Of a stretch of DNA of 64,000 nucleotides, positions 38,943 to 52,799 are shown in pieces. A program made the position numbers and the translations under genes. Origin of the DNA: Azolla caroliniana (Eukaryota; Plantae; Polypodiophyta); NCBI GenBank assembly GCA_043228905.1, contig JBHGNT010000002.1, positions 2,852,001 to 2,916,000 on the forward strand. The letters are read 5' to 3'. The notes beneath the pieces were generated by a model. That model ran no database searches and was not told the origin of the DNA. It was given only the letters and a program-made list of their open reading frames with translations. Every line of letters begins with the position of its first letter. Within the stretch, counting starts at the first letter, position 1.

Positions 38943-39039
38943 TGTCTCGTGTCTCGCGTTTTGTGTCTCGTGTCTCGGGTTTCATGTCTCGTGTCTCGGG
39001 TTTCATGTCTTGCGTCTCATGTCTCATGTCCGGTGTCGG
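38943..39039 (+). promoter_or_regulatory. Direct-repeat array of TGTCTC (x7) plus one TGTCGG: candidate auxin-response elements
   Basis: TGTCTC at 38943, 38950, 38964, 38971, 38985, 38992 and 39020; TGTCGG at 39034. The motifs are seen directly; function is not shown. Confidence 0.45.
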
Positions 39040-39217
39040 GCCGAGTGGCCGGTCAGCCCGGCTTTCTCAGCCATTGGGCATTCATTCATTCATTGGTCAT
39101 GTTTTCTTCTTCTATGATGACCTCAGAGACAGACAGACAAGACAGACAGAGAGAAAAACAGAGTCTAGAGATACAGAGAGATTTTATAGGCTCCCCTGTT
39201 TCTCTCTTCCCACTCCA

Positions 39218-39258
<41 letters not shown>

Positions 39259-39262
39259 AGTT

Positions 39263-42002
39263 ATGCCAAATTTCCTCGACACCCTCAGCTCCATCTTTGG
39301 TTCTACTGATACTTTGCCATGGACTGACACCGAAATAATCCAGGTTAGTCATATTTTTCTGTTTTTGATTTTCCTCCTGTTTTGTTTTTGTTCCTCTGGT
39401 TGATTTTTTTCTTGGTTGAAGAGGTAGGAAACCCTAATCTATGCTCTTTTTTCCTCCTGTTTTCTTTTTTTATTTTTTATTTTATATTTTAATTTTGGCC
39501 TCTGGTTGATTTTTTTCTTGGTTGAAGAGGTAGGAAACCCTAATCTATGCTCTTTTTTCCTCCTGTTTTCTTTTTTTCTTTTTATTTTGGCCTCTGGTTG
39601 ATTTTTTTCTTGGTTGAAGAGGTAGGAAACCCTAATCTATGCTCTTTTTTCCTCCTGTTTTCTTTTTTTCTTTTTATTTTGGCCTCTGGTTGATTTTTTT
39701 CTTGGTTGAAGAGGTAGGAAACCCTAATCTATGCTCTTTTTTCTTTTTCTCTTCTTCTTCCATGAAACAATCAATCACAGAAAGTCATTCATTCTGTTGG
39801 TGTTGTCTAAGATTAGAAAAAAAAACAAGAACATGGATCGTAATGTTATATACAGAATTATGGAAATCTTAGGTACAAAATCCAAAAGGATGTGGTATCT
39901 TCCAAGACAGCAGTTTTAGGGTAAAAGAGGCAAAGTTTATTTATTTTGTCTACATTTTCTTTGAATGTAAATTAGAATTTGATTGCATAAACTGTTATGT
40001 CTCTCTCTCTCTCTCTCTCTCTCTCCCTTCTTTGGTCTCGGGTCTTCATCATCTGCAGGTCTATCTCCATCTGTGTGTGAGCCAACTTACAGTCCTCCAT
40101 CCCCAACACCTTAAAAATTAAGCAGGAATATTTGTTTTGAGTGACAATCATCACTTATGCTCATTCCCGAATGAATTGATGCATGGACACATGTATCAAG
40201 GGAAGATAATATCCTTGCAAGGAAGAAATGAAGACAATGTGAGCTTGGTAAAGAGACACAAGATACATCATGCCTTAGAAAAGATTGATAGCGAGTATAA
40301 AGGCACATTTATCTTCGGCTGAAATCCTGACATGTGTGGAGCATTTATATGTGAAGGACAAAAGAATCATGACCGAGATGTTTCCCTTAATGCACAGAAA
40401 TGCTTTTATGTAGAGGGACTAATGAAACGTGTGAATAAACTTCAAAATGGAAAGGATGCATTTTGATTTCACCTAAGCTTAGGAATCCTAAAATGGAGTA
40501 GCCCGATTGCCAAAGAATGGAAACATGCATAATTAGATCAGGATATAGCACAGGACTTTCCTCGAGTATTGGCAAGATAAATGGATTAAGATACTATACA
40601 AAGGAGGTAGTATGAATCAGCTCACCACTGTTACACAATTATGGTGGGGCCTTATATGGCGAAAATTATAGGTAGTACCACTGAACATCAAATCAGCGAA
40701 TGGTCTGAAAAATACAGCAAGAGATCTGTGAGACAAGTCAGTTTTGGACATTATTTTACATTAGGCGTCTCTGTCTTCTCAACCCTTTTAGGCCCTTCTC
40801 TTTGGTTGGTCCTTTCAAGCTCATCTTCGTTGATGGCTTTCATGGCCTCATTTTTTTGCTCTCTACTTCCAAGGGCTTTCACGTGTTTCATTCATGTGTA
40901 CTCTAGAAATCAGAATTTATACCTTAGATTGGAGTGCCTTTTGTATATTTACTGATGTGAATTAGATAAAATGGACAAATTTTACATTGCTTGTTCTTTA
41001 CTCTTATTGGCTGTGTGCTTACTGTTTGTTGATCTATTTTATGTTTATCATTCATTTCTCCTGTTTACTTATTGTTGGTAACCATCAGACTTTTTCCATC
41101 ATGGAGTAGCCTGAAATAAAAGACTGTTTAGAACTTAACAAGGTCTACGCAGATAGGATGAACAACATACTTCTGTTGCACGCAGCTGTAGTTCTTGTTC
41201 CATTATCTATTAAAGAAGAAAGAGCTGTTTATGTTCTGAGAACCTAGCACACATCAAACAAAATGCTCTTAATGGAATATGATTTATTCTTCCACTAAAG
41301 ATATACACATGCAAGTGCACAGAAATGTGAACGAGATGCTGCACAAGAGGGTGCGGGAATCTCACAAGAAATGGATAAGGCGGAAAGTTACATGCGTTTA
41401 TCTTGGGCACTAGTACACTCGCATCAACCAGCTGATGTTCAGCGTGGAATTTTGATGTTAGAAGGTCAAATTTTTGTTCCAAGAAATCCATTTTCTTGGT
41501 CAGTATTTCAATGACTATGATTAACCGAATGTTTTGTTTTGACTAAATGCACAGCTTCATTGGGGGCAAAACCAGACAACCCTCAGAAAAGGGAGATATT
41601 GTATTTACTTGCTGTGGGTCATTATAGAGCTGGGGATATTACTCGTGCAAGGAGGTTTATTGAGGAGGCATTAGCGGTAAGAATAAGTGTTTTTGCTTTT
41701 GACCCATCATGTGTGTGTATATTTTTCTTTTAAAAACATAAATTTTTAATACAGATAGCGCGAGATTTCCACCAAGGTGTTGCGCTCCAACAGATGATCG
41801 AGGAAAAGATTGCGAAAGGTGAGGATGTCTCTTATCAAAGTTAATCTCTAAGTGCTATTTATGTTCTTGAAACCAACACATGATATGACATGGACATGTT
41901 TTTTGGTGTTTAGATGGTGCAATCGGAATTGGCATTGCAGCTGCTGCTGTTGGACTTGTTGCCGGTGGCATTGCTGCAGTCGTCTCGAAAAGAAAACGAT
42001 AA
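39263..42002 (+). CDS. FIS1: Mitochondrial/peroxisomal fission protein 1, 5 exons: 39263-39343, 41323-41464, 41555-41676, 41755-41818, 41914-42002
   Basis: MPNFLDTLSSIFGSTDTLPWTDTEIIQ|KCERDAA...MRLSWALVHSHQPADVQRGILMLE|ASL...REILYLLAVGHYRAG...|...IEEKIAK|DGAIGIGIAAAAVGLVAGGIAAVVSKRKR*: TPR-like domain plus a C-terminal tail anchor. Confidence 0.95.
39393..39742. repeat. Four ~92-106 bp tandem units in FIS1 intron 1, each with a telo-box
   Basis: CCTCTGGTTGATTTTTTTCTTGGTTGAAGAGGTAGGAAACCCTAATCTATGCTC occurs four times; AAACCCTA at 39429, 39535, 39627 and 39719. Confidence 0.92.
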
Positions 42003-43577
42003 AACAAATGGTTGGTTTCACTATTTCCACAACTGAATGGATTTGCTTGTACGAGCATGAACCATTATCTCTTGTATTGCAGAAATATATATTTCTTCCT
42101 CATTCCTTGGCCTTCCCCAGTTATGTTTCTCAGTGAACAATAAGGAATTTTTAATCTCCTCCATGTTCTTTTATGGATATCCATGTAATGATTTCAATAA
42201 TTTATGAGTTTGTTCTTTCTCCTTGTTATAAGGGATTTAGATTTCCCAAACATTTCGACAGAACTTTATAAGATGGATTTAATACTAGTGGCAGAACGTA
42301 AAATCTTCTTCCCATTTTCATGATGTATTCTTATCTCCAATATTAATACATCACACACCAAGGTAGAGCACATCCTATATCGATGGTAACTCCATATCTA
42401 ATCTCTCTAAAGATAGCTAGCAAAATCCACTGGTGATAGAATATATTCTGTAAGGTTTTCTATTGCTTCCACCTGAGACTAAAATCCTCTGGTCCCTTCG
42501 GCACAATCATTTTCTTTCACTCCTTTTCTTTGTAGAATCTTGTTTTTTTACTTTCTAGAAAGAAGATTATCCTCATCGATTTTATCTCTCTTCTTCAAGT
42601 AATCTAAAATCTGGTCTCTATGAAACTGATAAGCTTGTTTATTTTCCAAGCGTATTTACCAATGATTAGTTGTTAAATGGTGGTGTGCATCTTTGAAATC
42701 ATGGTTTTACATTATAATAGTTGTGTAGATAATATTGGCCGGACTTTACAAGATTGAAACCTTTTAAGAGTTTATCAAAACTAGAAGTAGATACGCTCTC
42801 ATGAGTCATGGGGTTCATTGGTGGGTGGGTCGATAAGGGTATTGTAGAGGTTATATAGTCCTTCTCGCTGTCTATGTTGAAAAACAATTTGATCAGGGCA
42901 TGTCGATCTTTCAATTTGAAAATTTCGAGAGGGCATGTTTGATTTTAAAATCAATGATAGCACTATTTTTGTTGATTAATAATTGAGTACTAACGTTATA
43001 TTGAGTTTGCCCTCGCATTTTGAGTGTGATCTCTTGCAATATTGCGCATGTAATGGCATGAAATTGACGTGATAAATATGCTTTCTTGGAATTAGAATGA
43101 ATGTTGTTGCCCAAACAATTTCATTCTAACATATTACAGGAGATTCCAAGACTCCCAACGCTAACATATGTGTGGTTGATGAGGTTCCCTGATTCTCGAG
43201 GAAGTGGGGGTTACAACCAAAATCTCTATTATTTCAATATGTCAAAAGGATGTGTGTGTCTTCATCACCCTATCTAATGTGTAATGTGCAAGAGCAGAAA
43301 CCAACAAGAGAAGCATACCATATCAATACTTACAAATATGATATAGAGGATATAAGGAGCACATTCACATATTTAAAACTTATTCCTTGGAATTTTGGGT
43401 GGGAGGATTATGACAGCCTTTGTTGCACATTATTAATCGGAATTCGATTGAAGCTACAATCACAATATAGGGTCTCATAGCACCTTGAAGGTCATCTCTC
43501 ATAAAAATTTATGTAAGTGAAAGGCAAAATCACTAATAATAATAATGGATAATAAAAGCCTTGTAAATTATGATTTT

Positions 43578-46500
43578 TGTTATGAACTCATGCATGTAAT
43601 GAGTCATGTTATACCTATCTTGGTCTTAAGCTTTAATTAACAAGACTTCATGATTTAAATAGTATGCATGCATCCCATCATTTGGTGGGTCATAAACTCA
43701 TGTATCTTAATCATTTTGGCATTACATATAGAAGAGCATAGCCTATGACCTCTATCTAGAGATTATATTGATATGCGATTAGTGATCTGGATTAATATCT
43801 AATCGCTCTTTGATCTTGCTTAATAGTCTATTCTATAACACGTTATCAACACGATTAGCCTCTAACATAGCAATGAAGTATTCTCTTATACAAATCTACC
43901 TTATTGTTACCATTAGCATGGCTTCTCAAGCTCTACATACCGAGAAATGCTTATTCCCGCCACTTGCGTTTGATGGGTCCGATTATATGACTTGGATGGT
44001 TCATGTTGAAGGCCATCTCACGGCGAAAGATCTCCTTCATACGGTAAGTGATAATTTTATTGATGTTGAGAACTCAAATGCTAGGAAGAAGGGAGCGGAA
44101 GTATTCATCTTCGTCCTTCATCACCTTGATCTAAGCCTTCAAAAGTAATACTTCTCTATCAAGAATCCATCAACTCTCTGGAAGCAACGCAAAGCCCGCT
44201 TTGATCATCAACGAATTGTTCTCGGCCCCAACACTTTGCATGAATGGAATGGAATCAACTTTGTTTTCAAGATTTCAAGACAATTGCTGAATATAATTCC
44301 TCACTATTTGGTATGATTTCTAAACTTGAATTTTGTGGTCATGGCAACCTTGTTAAAGAGGCGAATCTAATCAATAAAACGTTAACTACTTTTCATCCCT
44401 CAAATTTTAATCTTTCCGAACAATATGATTGTAATCGTGGTTTTAAAACTTATGCTGAACTTTTATTTGCACTGCTTGTCGTTGAGCAACACCATCAAGT
44501 TCTCCTCAATAATGACAAACTTCATCCAGTTAGTCAACCTGCAATTCCTCTACAATTCAAGGATTTGACTCATGTCGAGAGTAATTATTGTAGACGACAA
44601 CATTGTCATCAACACCCATATGCACAAAGTCGAGGAAGAGGAAGAGCAGGAAGAAATCACCAAAGGAATTAATATCCCACAAGTAATCAAGTCAAGCTAA
44701 TGCACCATAAATCAAAGTCAAGTCAAGATAAGCCTTCATCGAATTCCTGTCTTTGATGTGGTCTACGAGGACACTGGGCAAATACTTGTCGAACTTCTAA
44801 GTTTTATGTTGATCTTTACCAGAAGTATGGCAAGCAAGGTCAAGATAGGAAACCAGAGGCTAATATGGTAGCGAAAACATCAACGATCTCACCATCAATT
44901 CCAATCTTGGAATATAGTTTTATGGATCAACCTTTGGAATTCGAGCCCAAAGCTAACATGATTGACGCCCATATGATTGATTTGCATACAAGCCGTTTTT
45001 TTTGTCTTATTGATTGCGCCTCAACGCACACTATTCTATGTCATAAAGAATTATTTCATCATATTAAAGATCAAGCCCCTCTCGACATCAAGACTATAGA
45101 TGGTTCTTGTATTGGACAAGGAAGAGGCTCCACTACTATCCAACTTCCAAGTGACACTTTTTTGGAAAAACATGATGCTATCCATAGATTGACACATGTG
45201 TGACATTCGCGATATTCGTAATATTCGAGAATATGAAATGGCCCCAAGAATATTATCAAACCATTCGTTTTGCAAAATAAATATACAAAAAATAAATTAA
45301 TTCTTTTTTTTGAAATTAAGAAATAAATAAATTCACTAAAAAAAGAACAATCATTCATTAATAGATTATAAAAATGTGATTAATGTTAATTCTCCTTTAT
45401 AGTGTCAAAAAAAGGGGGGGGGAGTTTTTGAACCTTTATTTAATTAATTAATTTATTAAAAAAATGAATATTTTTATATTTATTATAGAAATATGATTAG
45501 TGTGAAGTCCCAATTTTTAATGTCAGATAAAAATATCCATAAATTTTGGGAGAATAAAAAGTGAGGAATTAATGAACCTTTATTTTATTTATTTATTAAA
45601 AATAAGACGAATACTTTTACATTTATTATAAAAATTTATTAGCGTCAAGTTCCTCTTTTATTGTTTTTTATATTTTAGGAAACTAAAAAGGAGGGAGTTC
45701 ATGTATTGTCTTTTTTAAACGAATACTTGACCATGCATTGATATACGTATTCATTTGCATTCGAATGGGAAACCTCACGAATGCGAATATGTCAATCTAT
45801 GATGCTATCGATGCGCTTACCTCGCTAAGAAATCTTCTTACATTTGCAAACGTGCGACACAATGGATACGACCTCATGACATGGGAGTTAAAGATGCTTC
45901 ATTGCGTTTTTCTCACGTCACACTTCTTTCTACTCACAACATGGTGTTGCCTCAACTCCTCACCCTTATCATCAAGTTGCGTGCTCAATTCCCAAAATTT
46001 CCAATTAAGTCGATTCGGATGAACAATGTAGATTAGTTTACATCAACAACCTTTATTCTCTATTGCGAATCTATTGTAATTGTGCGACCGATTCTTCTTA
46101 AATTGAATTTGCCTAGTTCAACATGGGGACATGCAGTACTTCATGCCGCGCAACTTCTCCAATTAAGGCCGTCATCAAATTATGTTTCTCTTCCCATCAA
46201 CTCATGACGACAACTTTCATGAACGAATTAGATCCTCAAACTATTCAAGGAGTAAAAGCATCTCCGTTTTGGGATAAGTTGAAAGAAGCTATTCAGGTTG
46301 AGCTAAATAGTCTTCTCAAACGAGGAGTTTTTGGTAAAATTCAAGAGACGCCTATTGGTCATACACATGTTGGCTATTGTTGGGTTTTTGTGCAGAAACA
46401 TAATAATAAAGGAGAAGTTATTCATTATAAGGCAAGGTTTGTTGCTCAAGGTTTTACGCAACGATTTGGTATTTGATTATACTGATACATATTCTCCCGA

Positions 46501-48102
46501 TTATGGATGCCATGAGTTTTTGTTGGTTGATTCATTTTACTGTTCAACGAAGTCTTCATATGTGTCTCATGGATGTGGTTATAGGTTATCTTTATGGTGA
46601 TTTAGATAAAGATATACACCTGAAGAACTTTGCAACTCTATGTAGCTTGGAAAATTTCGCAATCCAACGATCAAGTTATGTAAGTCACTTTATGGACTTA
46701 AACAATCCGGTTGTATGTGGTATCAACATCTTTCTCAATATCTTCTTTCTCATGGATTTAAGAATGATGATATTTGTTCTTGTATATTTTTCAAGCATCA
46801 TCTCAGAAATTTTTTCATCATCACTATTTATGTTGATGATCTCAATATTATTGGAACATCCAATTCTATTGAAGATGTTGTTGCTATGCGTAGCCACTAA
46901 TTTGAAATGAAAGACCTTGGTTTAACTACATTCTATTTGGATCTTCAGATCGATCACCCTATTTAATGGAATTCTTCTTCATCCATAAGATATTAAAACG
47001 ATTTTCTATGGATCAAGCTCATTCTATTAGAACTCCTATGTTAGTGCGCTCTCTGGATCCTTCTCGTGGCCCATTTCGACCAAGATCTTCTAATGAATCA
47101 ACATTGGGACCACAATATCCTTACATGGCTGTTGTTGGTGCACTTATGTAATTGGCTAATTGTATGCGTCCAGACATTTCGTTCGTTGTAAATTTGCTGG
47201 CTCGGTATAGTCACGATCCTACTAGGCGACACTAGACTAGAATTAAGTAGATTTTCCGATATTTACGAGGCATTGAAGATATGGGTCTTTTCTTTACCAA
47301 CGATTCTATGCATAATCAATGACTAGTTATTTTGATGCTGGGTTCTTATATGACCCCCATATTGGTAGATCACAAACACATTATGTTTTCCTTGTTTGTG
47401 GCACAACGATCTCTTGGCGATCGACAAAGCAAACATTAGTTGCAACATCTTCAAATCATGCTAAGATATTGGCATTACATGAAACAAGTTGAGAATGTCT
47501 ATGGTTACAACACTTAATCAGGCATATTGAAAATTCTTGCAGTTTTATAGGCCCATCATTACCAACAGTTATCTATGAAAATTATGCTTGCATTAATTAG
47601 TTCAAGAAGGGCTTCATTAAAGGTGACCGAATCAAACATATTTCTCCCAAATTTTTCTTTACTCGTGAGCTCAATGATAATTATATCAATATTCAACCTA
47701 TAACATCAAGCAAGAACTTGGCGAATATTTTTACCAAAAGCTTACCTGCATCAAAACATTGTTTGAACATTCCTTCTCTTGGACTCACAAGATTATCGGA
47801 GCTGATGAGCTAAAACAATGATGATGACATGAGGGGGAGTGTTATGAACTCATGCATGTAATGAGTCATGTTATACCTATCTCAGTCTTAAGCTTTAGTT
47901 AACAAGACTTCATGATGTAAATAGTATGCATGCATCCCATCATTTGGTGGGTCATAAACTCATGTATCTAAATCATTTTGGCATTATATATAGAAGAGCA
48001 TAGCCTATGACCTCTATCTAGAGACTATATTGATATGCGATTAATGACTTGGATTAATATCTAAGAGCTCTTTGATCTTGCTTAATAGTCTATTCTATAA
48101 CA
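43578..48102 (+). mobile_element. Decayed Ty1/copia element, Bianca-like; 263-bp LTRs; TSD ATTTT
   Basis: LTRs 43578-43840 and 47840-48102 (about 12 mismatches by eye); TSD 43573-43577 and 48103-48107; PBS CGTTATCAACACGA; PPT GAGGGGGAG; RT/RH motifs MLVRSLDP..GPFRP, YVDDLNIIG, KGDRIKHISPKFFF. Most of the integrase is deleted. Confidence 0.92.
45183..45801. mobile_element. hAT-type MITE nested in the Bianca-like element
   Basis: Perfect 12-bp TIR CATAGATTGACA / TGTCAATCTATG; 8-bp TSD ATGCTATC (45175-45182 and 45802-45809); AT-rich interior. Confidence 0.92.
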
Positions 48103-50261
48103 ATTTTTACATATAAGCACTAAAACCTTTATTGTTCTTGAAGAAAATATGTCCTTGCTATTGGGTGTGTTTATGAAGTTTACTTGTTTAATTTTATCTT
48201 AGAGATCATGTGTATCATGCATGCCACTTAACTTTGGCTTGAGGATCAAAAGGTACCATATGATAGATCCAAAGAAACACATGTCACCATCTTCTTCATA
48301 TGAGTGACGCGTGTTAAGTTTATTAAGTCTTCGCACCATTTGCATTCATGAAAGTTAGATCTACATTGTCAAACTCGTTGAACCTCTAAAGTTTTAATTC
48401 AACATTATTCCTGCCCTTGGGCAATTTCAACAACCCTCTAGTTGGGATCCATGTCACTCCAGTAAAATGCAATGAGATCACAATCTGTAGGACGAGGCCA
48501 CTTTGAAATGGAGTCTAGTTGCAAAGAAGCCAATATTGCATTCTTTTTTGCTCTTTTCGCTGAGCCATAGTTAAATATCTTTATACCAAATCTATCTAAC
48601 TATTATTTCAACAATATATGTACCTTTTAACTACTTTAGTTCAACTTGACAATAAGAAATTGATATGAGCAATGAGCATTATACAGTGCAACATTTTTTG
48701 TAGTCTTGTGACTTTTGAGAATGCATGGTACCCATTGGTTGTATAAACTTAGAAAGGGCTTCTTTCACCTTACTACAACATTACGAATGGATCAACAATG
48801 ATAGGCAATAAATGAAAAAATAATGGTTTAAGTGTGCTTAACAACGACCACTTCCTTGAAGTAAAGAATAAGAGACAAACAATAAACACCATGTACATCC
48901 CGTATCACTTAATATAATCTTGTGTTATACCTTGGAAGTTAGATACTTATACAGATCTTATAATGAGTGATTTGCCCGATGAATAGAGTCTTGACAACAC
49001 TTCAATGATGTCGTAATAAATGAGGTAGCTAGTGCCCTTTACATAGCTCAAATCCTTAGGCTCCTAGATCCCCACATGTTCTCACTTTTCACAACTCCTT
49101 ATTTATTTGTCCCAAGTCCTAGGATAATTGGTTTCTCATTTGTCCTTCCAATAAACCATTTAAATATAGCCTTTGAAAAGTGGTTCCTAAGGATATGCTT
49201 GCAACACATGGTCCTCGCCATCTTTGATAAGACCCAAAGAGTATGAGGTAAATTTCCATCGACATCAACCCATTACTTTTCCATCATTTAAAAAATTGAA
49301 AGTCCCCATTTATACTCTTGTGTTTCTCAATTATGATCATATACCAAACATGCACGTTTATTAGAAAATGGATTGGATAAGTAATTAGTCATTTCAAGAG
49401 ATGGAAGTCTGTGAAAGATTGACAATTTCATTAGTCCTTATGGATGCATCTCACCATTGTCACCATACATCATGCCAACAGTTTATACTGTGATACTCGG
49501 CAAGAAGGCAACCACATGTTCTTTTCAATATTAGGGATAACAAAAAGTTTGGTTGTAACATAATATTGGTACCATCACATAACTATTCATTTTATAAATC
49601 AATATGTATTTGTGCTTTGCAAATTATTATTGACTTGATAAGGTTGTTTACACGAAAAACATATTATTGGCTAGCATTTACTAGAATTAGAATTAACATT
49701 TGAGCTTCTCAGAAAAGTCTATGATAATGAACTTTGTATAACTCGACATGTAAACCAAAATCAATATCTTATGTTAATCTTGCTTCTGAGAAAAGTCTAT
49801 GATGATATGAGCTTTGTATAACTCGACATGAAAACGAAATTCAATATCTTGTGTTAATCTTGCTTCGACCTTCCGTATGTAGTGTTATGAATCTCACATG
49901 AAGGTTCTTAATGTTTCAAGCTACTTTTGCACTTTGTAGACAATCAATTCACTCTTTTGGTAGTTGAATTTTCTAATTTAACTACTTTGGCCAAAGGTGT
50001 GTCATTCGCATATCGTGGTAGAGTTGTAGATGATGTAAGCACACAATATTTGTTCTATGTAGCTAAATAAAAGCTACTAACGTAGGGTTTTTTCAATAGG
50101 AGAACTTCTAAGAATTTAATTTGAGGTTGGGAATTAGGTGTTACAAGTGTTAGGTATGTATCAAGCTTGTGGACATCTTCCAAGAAAGCATGTTAATAGT
50201 AAAGAAGGTCTTTGTTACGAGCTAATTAACTATTGATGATTTAACATGGTCATATACTTAT

Positions 50262-52400
50262 TTATTTTTTTCCTTGAAAGATTTTCGTCAATAGTATTAA
50301 AAACGTCTGAAGACTACAAGTTGAAGTTATATGCATAGAGGCTTACAACGTAGAATAAAAGACATTGTATGTACACCAAAACATGTACATACAAAAACAA
50401 CTTATAAAGGGGTGTTGAACCTTGGTACAATACATTACCATGAGGTACTGATATTCAAGAAAGGGCCCATGGAAGTCAATAGTTCCATCGAGGCCCTTCA
50501 TCTGACACTACAAAGAGGGGCAATTTCCTCCATAAGTGAAGCAGCTTCGTTCTTCTCTTGTGAACATTTTCTAGAGAACCATACATATTATCATACTGCC
50601 CACGGACTACTGTCAACAATGTTTCCCATATCTCAAGCAGTACATCTGAAGGACCAAGATTAGTTGCATCATAAAGTCAACTACATCTACATTTCCATAA
50701 TACCCAGAACGTTACCATCTTCATAGTTTTCCAAACCTGGACAAATCGCACTTGCTTTTGAGGTTGCTGAAACGGACTTAGTAACTGATATCGATTGATC
50801 TTCTATTATGTACCATCATAGTCTCGTGAATATCATATGCCTCATACAACATCAAGCTGGAATGTAAAACTCCCCACATTGCTACTCCCCATGAGAACAA
50901 GCAACCAACATTGATCGTTAGGAATAAAGATAGAACTTTATTCCATACTTGTTGAGCCAAGGGACAAGACCAGAGGGCATGCTTAGTAGTCTCTTGGGTT
51001 GCATGGCAAAAAGACACATTGCGTGAGATTAGGTGCTACATTCCCTTTCAATGATTGGCCAACTGGTAATGTTGCATGCACTAATAGCCATCTAAAAAGA
51101 ATAAATTTAGTGGGCCCCTTGAAAGACCAGATCCATCTCCAATAGGTTTTCAACTGCAATGTTGAAACACCATAGTTAGTCCAATGTATTTGAGCTACTG
51201 GCACCGTTACATTCGTAGACATCAGTAATGATCTTCCAAGCTTTGAATTGAATACTGAAAGATGGGAACCTTTATGATCTGTTCCCCCAAGGAGTATGAC
51301 CAGAACCAACCCCTCGGATCCCATAGTAATCTTGCAACAGATTCTTTTGCATACAACGCCATCATATCCCACATATGAGCGATGGAAGGATAAGGATCAC
51401 GTAGCCACTTCTTTCCCATTTTAGCAACCACTCTGACTGGTGCGCTCTACACGTGTTGTAGATAGTTGCAGTAAAAGGCATGAGGCTGCAATCTACTGTT
51501 GTCAAGAACCACAAAATAAGAAATGCACCCATTAGGTGAGATACCCTTGACAACCAACAATGTGTAATTTATGAAGCATCCAAACCAAAAAGGATCCTAC
51601 ATGGGTTGGAAGGTTGCCGCCAATGAGGAATATGCTGTTGAAATGGCAACAATCATTATCTTGGCACCATGAACAACTTGTAAATGCGCAAGACGATCTG
51701 CTTGTGGCATCTATTGGAATTGAATCCAAGTGCTTATAGACACAACTGGTCCATTATCCAATTTACCCCAAACAAGGTGAGTTCTAAGGCCCAACACTTT
51801 TCCTGCATTATCTCGAAATAGAGAATTTGCGAGAAGAGGCTGATTAAGCAGTGCATCCCAAGTAGAAGGATTTTCCTTAATAAGAAATGACTTAATTCCA
51901 TCCCATGCCCTTATGATTCCTAACAAAAATCGATTAGATACTGCAATTACTTAATTAACACACTTCCATCATGCTAACTAATCTTAACAAATTGTGATGA
52001 GCAAAAATGACGATTAGGACGTAAATATTGTGAAATTTCTTACATATTGGAAAAAATTAAACATTACATTGTTAGTGGGGCACGAGACATGAGATAATTT
52101 GGTCTTTAATGTCTCTAATGTCTCGAGGACATTTCTCTTCTCAATAACCAATGCATGACCATCCAAGACCCACTTATGGCCTTCCATCACCAACGATATA
52201 TAACCATGGCCAAGACCATGTTCCATGGAACACTAATGACCATCTATACCGATCCAATCCATGTGTAACCATGAATTTTGCTTATCATTCCAATTTGTTA
52301 ACTCTTAACGGCTCACCAATTTTGGTCAAAAGCCCACCTTCCGAATTGAGAAGTTCCCATTGCAAGGATCGAACTTGGGCTTTACCAAACTTAATACTTT
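50262..52400 (-). mobile_element. Decayed L1-type LINE, 3' part of ORF2; right boundary approximate
   Basis: zf-RVT-like YWRWIWSFKGPTKFILFRWLLVHATLPVG...C.FCHATQETTKHALWSCPLAQQVW; T-run at ~50262-50271 as a possible tail; many stops and frameshifts. Confidence 0.75.
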
Positions 52401-52799
52401 GATGTCATGGTGTACACAATCCCAAAAACAACGATGATGTACAATTGAATTTATGAAATCCAATTATGAGTTGATTGAACTTGATCTATATTCATGAAAC
52501 TTTACACATTATAGAGGAAAAGTTGTGATTTCAACAAAATGGACATCAAGTCATGTTGTAATACGGAATGTAAGAAGAGACATGACATGTTAGTGTAGCT
52601 CATCAAGTGGAAAATGGTAGGAGATGCTCGAAGTTCGTACATTGTGTAATGAAATAAGCATGAATAACTTTGTAAATTTTCACTCATATATAACTCACAA
52701 TAATGGATAATAATTGATCAAACAAGTGCTACATAAAGTCGAGAAAGAATGTGTCGATGACTTTTTGGAAGATGTATATCTCTTGTGGTCCACTTGATT

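Noticed and set aside
38907-39403. Long ORFs with repetitive VSCLVSR / SRVSGFM peptides
   Set aside because: These are translations of the TGTCTC minisatellite and (CA)n tract; only 39263-39343 is FIS1 coding sequence.
5899-42002. Functional cluster of organelle membrane genes (Mpv17/PMP22 and FIS1)
   Set aside because: They are about 29 kb apart, separated by transposons and an unrelated gene; nothing indicates co-regulation.
48110-49700. Possible decayed DNA-transposon (CACTA-like) coding remnant on the minus strand
   Set aside because: Only a weak LKSH-like motif; no termini, TSD or sustained frame could be established by eye.
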